This document shows positions 34,017 to 44,390 of a DNA stretch of 44,390 bases, in pieces; the first letter of the stretch is position 1; every line of letters begins with the position of its first letter. The position numbers and the translations under genes were made by a program. The notes below the pieces were generated by a model. That model ran no database searches. It saw only the letters and a list, made by a program, of their open reading frames with translations, and had not been told where the DNA came from. The stretch is from Trypethelium eluteriae (Eukaryota): positions 1 through 44,390 of the forward strand of contig JAVECL010000143.1 in the NCBI GenBank assembly GCA_051942245.1, in the 5' to 3' direction.

Positions 34017-35904
34017 GGTCGACAGTAATTAAAGAGAATGAGGGAATTAGCTGTACTTCTTCGTAAAGAGTGGACCTTGATTAGGCGTAAATGAATGACT
34101 GAAGCATCAGGATAGACGACGGGACACAAGGGAAAAATGGGCCGACTAAGAGTAACGAAGAAAGTGAAGACTTCGATCGAGGGTATCCACGGAGAAAAGG
34201 TGTTGTGGGTGAGGTACGTATTGTTCACTTATCACTAGGCCCCACGCGAGTTCTCCACAGCATGAGGGAGAACACGGCATATTCGGCCATGGTCCGCTGT
34301 TGCACCCGTAAGTTTATTGGTGACCGTGGGCACTGCACGGGCGCGTGGAAGGATGCGAAAGTGTGGGAAAGTGTGGTGAATCGGGGATATAGCGCGTGGT
34401 GGGCAGGCGAGTAAATTGCGCTCTACCCTCAAGGTTCCCAAAGAGGTCTTACCGGTACGTGAGAATGCTGGGAATAACGGGGCACCGGGGGTTTCCCCTG
34501 AGCAGAACCTTGCCTTGAAGGCCCAAGGGCATAGGAACAGGCCAAGCGCCGTTTGCTTAACCACCTAACACTATTTTCGATTGTCGAGTGCGAGCAAATC
34601 GACGCACGCGCCATGAAACGGGATCGCCAAGCTTGACAGGGATGTCGACCAAACACAAAAGTGACGAATGAGAAACACCGTTGGTTTCTCCTGAACAGTT
34701 CTTTTTAGATAACGTCCGTCGAAACTCTCCGCTTGGTGTGCGTTTGCTGTGCGCTTGATGCGGTGATGCGGTCCCGCCGTTAGGGCGCATCAGGCCGGCC
34801 TACCAGCACACGCCAGGCCCACCAGAGCCCCTAAACTATCATGTTGAGGCGGTGCAGAAGCTCCTTCCCACACGCCTGATTCGCTTGAGTCGTGTTTGAC
34901 ACCGCCTGACGCGCCTTTGATCTGCGACGGTGTAACTAAGCGTTTTAAGGTTGACTTGAGACTGCAGTGCAGTGGCATGAGGTTCAAATACGGACACGTA
35001 CATATTCAACGTTTAACGTCAAGTGTCTACAAGCTTTGCGGCTGCGACAATGGCGGAGCCACTTTACTCCGTATAAACCGGTTCTTGGTGAGGATATGTA
35101 CGCCCGGTGTGGCAGGCGCAGGAGGATCCGCAGCTATTGCCAAAGAAGTGTGGCTAGATTTCTTTTCACAACAACGTCTTGCATTTTGTTGCTCTCTATT
35201 TACGGAAGTAGGCCCCATGTCATCGTAATCTTGTGAACCTGGCTACTTCGTACTCGGTGCAGCCCCAAATGATCATCGTCCACGTTGGCTAAGCTCCTGC
35301 GTCTTATTGCCTCCTTCCCTTTTCTGAACGTTCAACTTTGTCCCCTTCCCACTCTCATCCGTGCTAAAAGTTGATGATTTCTGGGTGCTCTAAAGTCGTA
35401 TCACATGAAGTCATACCCTTGACCACAAGCATCGAGGAGGGATAGGTGTACAAAAGCTGCGAAAAGTACCTCAAGCCACAAGGGGCGTTTTGAGACATGG
35501 TAATTATGCCTTCATCATTCTTTTTTCTCGGCTGACCGCCAAACGGAAAGCGGTAGCGGCTTCGTAGTTTCAACGTCGAACTTGCATAGATACCGAGACA
35601 TTCTTACGTCAAATTCTCGCCTTATTTCCTATGCCGTTCTAAGAATAACCCAAATTCCGCAAAATTAAAGAGCGACTATGGCATCCCACCGCCCCAGGCC
35701 TCAAAAGATTTTCTATTATCACCAATTAGGACCATTTAAATCGCGGGAAACGTCATCTAGCAGGAGTCCTGATGTTGCATTCATGATGATAATATACAAG
35801 GACCACTTGAGGCCTCTGATATTGCCTCGAACTTTTTCCAATGCCGGCCTGAATCTATCACTCGGCATCTGCCTTAACCGAAATGCCCTACATGACTAGG
35901 TATT

Positions 35905-37388
35905 CTACATGAAGCTATTGACTCCGCCGGCATACTGGGTGAAGATGTCTAAGGGGAAAGCATCAGCGATGGCTTGGTAGCCAGCCACGTTCGGATGTAA
36001 GTAATCGCCAGAATTATACAGCGGATTCAACTGGGTGTGATTGCTCGGATCCCGGACGATGGCATCGAAATCGACAACAGCATCGAAGACCCCACTGTTT
36101 CGGATCCAGTCGTTGACCGTTTGCCTTGACTGCTCTCGCAACGGGTCACTGTAGGCCTGAATCAGGCTGCTGGGCGCGCCAAAGGGCGTAATTGTTGCCG
36201 CAAACATGGGAATTCCAAAGGTATGCACACGTGTGACAATTTGCTTATACGCCTGGATAAGTCGGTCCACTGTATACGTCTGATTTGCCACAGTGGCGTC
36301 TGCGACGCCGATGTCGTTAACGCCTTCGAAGATCATACTGTAGCGGACCCCTGATTGGGCAAGAACATCACGATCGATACGGCCAACAGCATTCGGGCCC
36401 AGTCCATCGTAAAGGATGCGGTTTCCACCTGCAGCTTGGTTGACCACGGCGATGCTGCGGGTGGCCGGATTCTCCTGCATTTTACGAAGCACAAGATCGG
36501 GCCAGCGATCATTGCCATCCGTATCACTGCCCCGCCCGTCAGTAATGCTGTCGCCCACAATGGCGAACGCGCTTGAGTTCTGCGGAGACCAAGCCTCAAC
36601 AGCACTGAGAAAGTACCTACATCTCGTTAGTGACTTCTCTTTGTAGCTGGGTATGCGGAGTCCTTACCAATGTGCCAAGACTTGAGTAGAAGGATCGGTC
36701 ATATTCTGCGCATTCACATAGTTGCCGAACGAATAGTAGGTATTTGTACGACTTCCAGGGTGGGAGGTGATGAAGTTGCTAGCCTGGCCGCCTTCGAGGT
36801 ACATAGTTACCGCGATCTCAGACTGAGGCTGAATAGGGAAATTCAGAGGATCTGAGACAACCAAGGCTCCATTAGGAACAGTAATCGACGTGTTCCCACT
36901 AAACGTGACGGTCTGCAAAGTCCTCGTCTCGATATCGCTTGCTCCTGCGGATCCATTGATCCCTGCAGAGCCGTTCCCTGGGATGGCAACACTCATGGCA
37001 GTGATGGGAAGATCGTTAAGCCCGAAAGCGTTCGAGACTCTGATACGGATCTGTTCGGAGCCAATTGACATGTGTAGAGTCTGTCGAATGGTCGAGTTTG
37101 GAAAAACGAGGTTGCTTTGGTTCTGTATGCAAAATCAGTCGGGAGTTTTTCAACTGTCGTACCTCAACAGCTCAGACGTACGAATGGCGGGTTTGGCAGG
37201 TTTGTGAACTCTGTCAGTTGCGGCATAGCGGTCCAGGTATCAACCCAATGACCGTTAGGGATACTCGGCTGTATTGTGCCATTGTTTCCTGATTGGGGTG
37301 CTGCATACGTCGGTGCAGCCTCAACACCACATGATCTTGATAGAATGCCTATTAACAGGGACGAAAGTAATACGGCGGTGTTCCCCAT
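35905..37388 (-). CDS. Secreted SGNH/GDSL hydrolase (lipase/esterase) with N-terminal beta-sandwich domain; 3 exons
   Basis: Exons 37388-37182, 37122-36668, 36616-35905. Signal peptide; HWVDTWTAMPQL; blocks GDSITDG, NQAAGGN, EGVNDIG and DYLHPN (catalytic Ser, Asp and His present). Confidence 0.92.
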
Positions 37389-39004
37389 ACTGAGCTTGTG
37401 GTATTAGTCGCAACTCCTAACGCAGGTACGAAGAAAATCGGAGAAGAAAGCCAAGCCATGATTGTGGTCAATGGAAGTTATAGCTGTCCGGTAAAACTCG
37501 AAATGAATATATTTTGCTCTGTAGATCTGGACGGTTAAATTCGAAAGAGGAGACGAAATGCGTTTGGAAGGTGAAAGATGGGCTAGGCTGTTTTGGGAGA
37601 CAGTCTTTCCACTCGTCCAGATCTCCACCCCACGCGTTCCCCAGCACGCCCAGATCTGATGATGAAACTGACAACGTTGTGTAAGGGGTGTAAGGAGTGA
37701 CAGTGCTCTAGCGGTGAGGCCATCAGTGGTACAAAACCGAAATTTTTAGACGAATCGAATTTGCCCAAAACTTACCGATGCTGAATGGTCCTCTCAGCCT
37801 CCCAGAGCCACAAGGACGCCATTTCACCTAGCCAAACATATTTTAGAAAGAGATCGACAAACAGCGGTACTCCTGGAGAAGTGAACAATGCCTCAATATT
37901 GTTTTCCCGACTGCATATATGGTTGTGGATGTCCTTCTACAAGAAATTTAATACATATGTAGGCATGGCGTGTCCTTTCATTGCTTTCGTTAACAGGAGA
38001 GCCTTCTATGTCCAGCATGACCCTTGCTTCTCTACCAGTGATAATCTTGCCTGTTTCGCGGTATGGGCTCTAACCGCTTTTCGTCGCTTGGCGCTGGAGA
38101 CAAAATAGTTTACCAGCAAAGTTCACTGAATTGAACATCGACTTGTCGTCAATTGGCCTCAGCCATAGAATTGACTCCTGGGACGGCATTCGTCCTTCGA
38201 TACAAACAACAAGATTCTATGTCTCATTGCCATTTTCCTGTGGTAAAATCTCGAGGCACTGTCTGGCCTGCTTTTTCCTAACCGCTCAGCAATAGAGATT
38301 GCTCGTCAAAGTGCTCGCGGACAAAACATGTCCATGAAACCTTCTCCAAAGCCTTCGATCAAGAGCACAGGTTATCGTTAGGATGTCTAAGATCGCCGTC
38401 TTGCTTGATGTAGACCGGCTTACTAGCATAATTAGAATGCATCGCTTGAGTTGCGGAGTGTACTCAGGCTTCCGAGTCTAGAAGTCACAAATGTGAGTCT
38501 TGAAGCAGCAGAAGCCTCATGAAATAGTGGGTTGATGCAGCTAACATATCAGCTGTAAATTTGGGGTTTGTTAAGAGTCTAGAAGCTGGCTAGCTTTTTC
38601 TAGGAGTGAGATACTAAGGTATTGCTGCAATCATATGGATGCCCTAATTGCAGCCTTTCAGGTACTCAGTTGAATACAGATTTGAATGAAATGATGAGAA
38701 GCCAATAATGGATCAGTTGTATCTGTCGTATTTAAGAGTTCACTTTTCACTTGTGAATGATAAATCTCTAGGAAAGTGTTATGCACGCCGCTCGAGTACA
38801 CTCCTATCCTAGCGGCTGTCTCGCAAGGCCTTAGAGCTTCACACGCCCTCTAGCTGGACAAAGTAGTGGTAGGACTAGGTGTGAGAAGGTAGTACGGAGT
38901 AGTGAGTGATGCCTAAATGGAAGCTGGTCGGCCTAGAAACGGGGCGTAGACACCGCCTTAGGAAATGGGCTAGTGTGATTGGTTGGCGGCCCGTGGATGC
39001 GCTT

Positions 39005-39043
39005 GGAAGCTCATCGAAATGGAAAACTCAACCAGAAACTTCT
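39005..39043 (+). promoter_or_regulatory. Putative heat-shock element cluster of hsp90
   Basis: nGAAn units at 39006 and 39016 (10-nt spacing) and 39022, plus GAAacTTC at 39035-39042, ~220-250 nt upstream of the hsp90 ATG. Not a perfect 3-unit HSE. Confidence 0.45.
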
Positions 39044-39177
39044 CCCAGCCTCATCACTGGATTAATAGCTGCTGCCGCCCGCAGATTCTGACCTTAACTT
39101 CTTCATTCACCACCTTGATACCCTACGCACTCTGTGCCTTGATCATACTCCTCCACCAATCTCTTCTCAAATCCAAG

Positions 39178-39231
39178 GTACACTTAATCTTCCATTTGTC
39201 CATTGCGAATCCATTAACTCATCTTTGGTAG
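39178..39231 (+). other. Probable 5'-UTR intron of hsp90
   Basis: AAG|GTACAC...ATTAAC...TGGTAG, 54 nt, ending 28 nt before the ATG. Confidence 0.65.
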
Positions 39232-39259
39232 CTTCTTTGCTCCTATCACCACCGCAACC

Positions 39260-41422
39260 ATGTCTGCCGGGGAGACTTTCGAGTTTCAGGCTGAGATCTC
39301 TCAGCTGCTCTCCCTCATCATCAACACTGTTTACTCGAACAAGGAGATCTTCCTGCGGGAAATCATCTCCAACTCATCCGATGCTCTCGACAAGATCCGC
39401 TATGAGGCTCTCTCAGACCCGAGCAAGCTCGATGCTTGCAAGGACCTTCGCATCGACATCATTCCAGATAAGGAGGCCAAGACACTCACCATTAGGGATA
39501 CCGGTATTGGCATGACCAAAGCTGTAAGTTATTTGCAATTGTTACCCTGTCGTCTCCTGCTAACATTTTGAAAGGACCTCGTGAACAACCTCGGTACCAT
39601 TGCACGCTCAGGTACCAAGCAATTTATGGAGGCCCTGACTGCTGGCGCCGATATTTCCATGATCGGTCAATTCGGTGTCGGTTTCTATTCAGCCTATCTC
39701 GTTGCCGACAGAGTCACTGTCGTGTCGAAGAATAATGATGATGAGCAATACATTTGGGAGTCATCCGCCGGTGGTACCTTCACTCTCAAACAAGATACCT
39801 CGGGTGAGGATCTCCTCCGTGGCACAAAGATTATCCTCCACCTTAAAGACGAGCAAACCGACTACTTGAATGAGAGCCGGATTAAGGAGGTTGTGAAGAA
39901 GCACTCCGAATTCATCTCCTACCCCATCTACCTTCACGTCTTGAAAGAGACTGAGAAGGAAGTGCCAGACGAGGAGGCCGAGGATGCCAAGGACGAGGAA
40001 GACGAGGAGAAGAAGCCCAAGGTTGAGGAAGTTGATGACGAGGAAGAAAAGAAGGAGAAGAAGACCAAAAAAGTCAAGGAGAGTAAGATCGAGGAGGAAG
40101 AACTCAACAAGACCAAGCCAATTTGGACTCGCAATCCTCAAGACATTACACAAGAGGAGTACGCTTCCTTCTACAAATCATTATCAAATGACTGGGAAGA
40201 CCACCTTGCTGTGAAGCACTTCTCTGTTGAAGGGCAGCTTGAGTTCCGCGCTATCCTCTTCGTCCCTAAGCGAGCTCCATTCGACCTTTTTGAGACGAAG
40301 AAGACCAAGAACAACATCAAGTTATACGTCCGTCGCGTTTTCATCACCGACGACGCTACCGATCTCATCCCCGAGTGGCTTAGCTTCGTCAAGGGCGTCG
40401 TTGACTCCGAGGATTTACCCCTCAATCTGTCCCGTGAAACGCTGCAACAGAACAAGATCATGAAGGTCATTAAGAAGAACATTATCAAGAAAGCTCTCGA
40501 GCTCTTCACCGAGATTTCCGAGGACAAGGAGCAATTTGACAAGTTCTACTCTGCTTTCAGCAAGAATATTAAGCTCGGTATTCACGAAGACTCTCAGAAC
40601 CGCCAATCCCTTGCCAAGCTTCTTCGCTTCAACTCGACTAAGTCTGGAGATGACACGACCTCTCTGCAAGACTACGTTACACGTATGCCCGAGCACCAGA
40701 AGCAGATGTACTACATCACTGGCGAGTCCCTCAAGGCTGTACAGAAGTCTCCCTTCCTTGATGCCCTCAAGGAGAAGAACTTTGAGGTTCTTTTCCTTGT
40801 GGATCCAATAGACGAGTACGCTATGACCCAGCTCAAGGAGTTTGACGGCAAAAAGCTCGTGGATATCACCAAGGACTTTGAGCTCGAGGAGTCTGATGAG
40901 GAAAAGAAACAGCGTGAGGAGGAGGAGAAACAATACGAGTCCCTCGCCAAGGCTCTTAAGAACGTGCTTGGTGACAAAGTGGAGAAAGTTGTTGTCAGTC
41001 ACAAGCTCGTTGGTTCTCCTTGCGCCATCCGTACCGGTCAGTTCGGCTGGTCCGCCAACATGGAGCGCATCATGAAGGCCCAGGCTCTTCGTGACACTAG
41101 CATGAGCAGCTACATGAGCTCGAAGAAGACCTTCGAGATTTCTCCCAAGAGTCCCATCATTCAGGAACTCAAGAACAAGGTTGAGACCGATGGCGAGAAC
41201 GACCGGACTGTGAAATCTATCACTCAGCTCCTGTTCGAGACCTCGCTCCTAGTCTCCGGCTTTACCATTGATGAACCCGCTGGCTTCGCTGAGCGCATTC
41301 ACAAGCTTGTTTCGCTTGGTCTTAACGTTGACGAGGAGGCAGAGACGTCTGAAGAGAAGGCCGCCGAGGAGGCCACCTCTGCCGAAGGCGCTGGTGAGAG
41401 TGCAATGGAGGAAGTCGACTAG
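39260..41422 (+). CDS. hsp90: Cytosolic heat shock protein 90; 2 coding exons
   Basis: Exons 39260-39523 and 39575-41422. [43 protein letters not shown], acidic linker, C-terminal MEEVD. Confidence 0.99.
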
Positions 41423-41832
41423 ATGTGCCCTGCATAGATCGGTTGACGGCGTCACGAGGCTCTCGGACTTTTCTTCCATTCACAAGGCGCTGTTCTTACT
41501 GGTCCACTTGCTGCTTGTGGTCCTGGAGTCCAAACTTATGAGGCTTGCACCCATGGTTAACAGCCACAGCATTTGTAATTTATAGGCTATTGAAGATGCT
41601 TAGACCGAAATAGCGAATAATGAATTTTCTTTGATGCTGTGATTTTTAAAATCTACTTTGAAAAATTGACGAGTGTGTTCTGCAAACTGGCGACTGTCGT
41701 GATCCTATTATCCTGGTAGTCCTCGGGGGCGGAGCATTGCCGGAGCTGTAGAATGGACCTACGAAAGCGGCACCATCGGAGTGTAAACCTGAAGCTCCCT
41801 CCATATTTGTAGACCACGATTCTCTCTGCCAA

Positions 41833-43900
41833 ATGGATATCCATGACGAGAGTGCATCCGCTTGGGGAGGTAAGATCAGCTCCGAATATCCTCAGATTCT
41901 TCACAGTGGTCTGAATCTACTTCTAGATGTCCCTTCAGGCGGTCCTCAGAAAACTTCTGAAGATGAGAATAGTAATCCGCGAGGTGAATAGGAGTGTGCC
42001 AGGAGATTGGATATGTAGCTAATCTTTCAGACACGCCTTCTGCTTCCCAGAGCTCCTTGTCGCAAAGTGTGTCTTCGGCTCCACGATCTCCTGCAGGTCG
42101 AGGACCTCGAACAGTCAAACGTCATGGCACGCAATCCACTCGATTAGAAGCAGTTGACGATGCCCTGGGACCTCTTGGACCTTTAGGTGACAATGCGCCA
42201 ACGAGTTCAGAGCCAGAAGGACCTCCAGTTCCACCCCAAAAAGAAGAGCCAACGGCATCGCGACAGCTACGGCCATCAACATCCAGTTCGCAAACCTCTA
42301 CCGTTAGAAGTATGATGGATTCCGTCAATCTGAACGATGATACTGAGGAACCTTCATTGAAACCACGAGTACCACCGCCTGTTCAGCCACCGAGCAGCGA
42401 CAGCCCCAGACGGCAAACACAACCTAGTGTAAGCGTTGAACAGGCTGCGAAACCTACGTTTGATATTACTGTCGGCGACGCGCACAAAGTCGGGGACTTG
42501 ACAAGCTCTCATACTGTCTATTCCGTACGAACAAGAGTGAGTGTCAATAGATTTTACATCGAATGTCAGCGCGCTAACGCCGTTGCTCTAGACTACGTCC
42601 AAAGCCTACCACAATCCCGAATTCACAGTCTCTCGTCGATACCGAGACTTCCTATGGCTCTATACACAGTTACACAACAACAATCCTGGAGTCGTTGTAC
42701 CACCTCCACCAGAGAAGCAGGCAGTGGGACGCTTTGATTCGGAATTTGTCGAGACCAGGAGGGCGGCACTTGAGCGGATGCTGAACAAGGTTGCAGCGCA
42801 TCCAATCCTTCAACATGACGGTGATCTCAAACTTTTCCTCGAAAGCGAAGCGTTCAATGTCGATGTCAAACACAAAGAAAGAAAAGAACCGAACCTTGGC
42901 GAAAGCAAAGGGATGCTTGGCAGTCTTGGAATCAATGTTGGATCTGGTGCTAAGTTCGTTGAACATGACGATGTAAAGACTCTTGCGAGGTTATCATTTT
43001 GTGATGCTAACAGTGGATAATCGCAGTGGTTTCACGATCGTAAGATCTATCTTGATGCTCTAGAGAACCAATTGAAGGCTCTGCTCAAAGCCACCGACAC
43101 CGTGGTCGCACAGCGCAAAAGCCTTGCAGAAGCTGCTGGCGAATTCTCTGCCTCCCTCCATTCCCTTGCTACTGTCGAACTCTCGCCCTCCCTCTCCGCC
43201 CCTCTCGAAGGCCTATCAGACGTCCAACTTCGCATCCGTGAACTCTACGATCGCCAGGCCCAGCAAGACGTCCTCACCCTCGGTATTGTCATTGACGAGT
43301 ACATTCGTCTGATCGGAAGCGTAAAAACAGCCTTTACGCAACGTCAAAAGGCATATCACTCTTGGCATTCGGCAGAATCAGAGCTACAGAAGCGTAAGAA
43401 TACACAGGATAAGCTGATGAGACAAGGAAGGAGCCAGCAAGACCGCCTCAACCAAATGGGCGCGGATGTCGCCGATGCAGAACGAAAAGTGCATCAAGCG
43501 AGGCTATTGTTTGAAGATATGGGTCGATTGATGCGAGCAGAGCTCGATCGATTCGAAAGAGAGAAGGTTGAAGACTTTAAGAGCGGAGTTGAAACTTACC
43601 TTGAGAGCGCTGTTGAAGCGCAGAAGGAGGTGAGTTATGATACACTTACTTGGATAGCGTGGGAAACGATGATGCGGCTGCTGACATTCTCGTCAGCTCA
43701 TTGAGCTGTGGGAGACATACCTCATGCAGCTAGATGCAGAAGATGACGGAGCACCTCCATCCAGTCCAAAACTTCCAGCTGGCGTCACGGCTGATGAGCC
43801 TTCGCCTGCTGCTGTACCCGGCAGTGATATGCCGGAACGAGGGAACAACGAAACGGCCGCACAGACCGCTGCGGCTGCAACGGCGGAATTAGAAGAGTGA
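41833..43900 (+). CDS. vps5: Retromer sorting nexin Vps5 (PX-BAR); 6 exons
   Basis: Exons 41833-41869, 41927-41983, 42031-42536, 42592-42972, 43027-43629, 43697-43900 join in frame. PX domain (ITVGDAHKVGDLTSSHTVY, VSRRYRDFLWLY, VVPPPPEKQAVGRF, RRAALERML) followed by a BAR domain ending ELIELWETYL. Confidence 0.93.
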
Positions 43901-44390
43901 AGGAACATCCTATCTAAAAGCTTTGGACGTCTGGTTGGACCGCTCTGGCCTATATCGACATCGCCAGACTTTGTCTTTTTAATTGTGCTCTCTTGAAAAG
44001 AGTATCTTGTACGTTTAGAGAAGGCCCTTTCTTAGACGGCGAAATACCCGCAATAGCAGAGATATCGGTCAAAAGGTAATGTGATATATGCATTATCCCT
44101 TTAAATTATTACAATCAAAATCTTGATACCTCTAATCATAATCTGGATTTGGAATCCGAGGCAGGCGTTGCTTCGGACGGCAGCTCCAGGCGTGCAAATA
44201 TCCAATTCGCAACGTCATTTGCGTACGTTTCCCGGCACTCCCCAGGCTCATCATGTACTATCTCGCCATGTCAGCAAATTTATAATTTTTCTTTAAGGGC
44301 CGCTCTCATACTCACGTCTATGATACCACCCCTCATAAACCTTGAACTCCTTATCCCCCACCTCCCCCATAAACTCATCCACAACCTTCC

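Noticed and set aside
39675..41585. Long antisense and alternate-frame ORFs over hsp90 (and likewise over other genes)
   Set aside because: Shadow ORFs caused by codon bias of the real gene.
1..44390. CRISPR arrays, rRNA/tRNA genes, prokaryotic operons
   Set aside because: None seen; the sequence is intron-containing fungal DNA. The only tRNA-like match is the 12-nt retroelement PBS.

Overview
Eukaryotic DNA from a filamentous ascomycete (Pezizomycotina): short GT-AG introns, mostly ~45-80 nt, with CTRAY branch points, read with the standard code. I can reconstruct about 14 spliced or intronless genes. They are an RGS-LOV blue-light photoreceptor, an HPP-family transporter, a Cys-rich single-TM surface protein, a GT61 glycosyltransferase interrupted by one in-frame TGA, a sugar porter, an intronless YVTN beta-propeller, a glycine-zipper protein, a BBE-like FAD oxidase, a Baeyer-Villiger monooxygenase, a co-oriented secreted trio (heme-thiolate peroxidase, GMC oxidoreductase, SGNH esterase), hsp90 and vps5. 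The accessory middle part also holds a 3'-truncated Ty1/copia element (half-tRNA-iMet type PBS, open gag) and decayed gene fragments (ankyrin, kinase-like, protein-arginine deiminase). Best leads: (1) the esterase-GMC-peroxygenase trio, in which both redox enzymes are atypical; (2) the lone TGA at a probable Trp codon in GT61; (3) the stand-alone gag with promoter-like signals; (4) the RGS-LOV protein with an acidic post-LOV linker. All family calls come from motifs recognised by eye. No searches were run, and exon boundaries are manual predictions.
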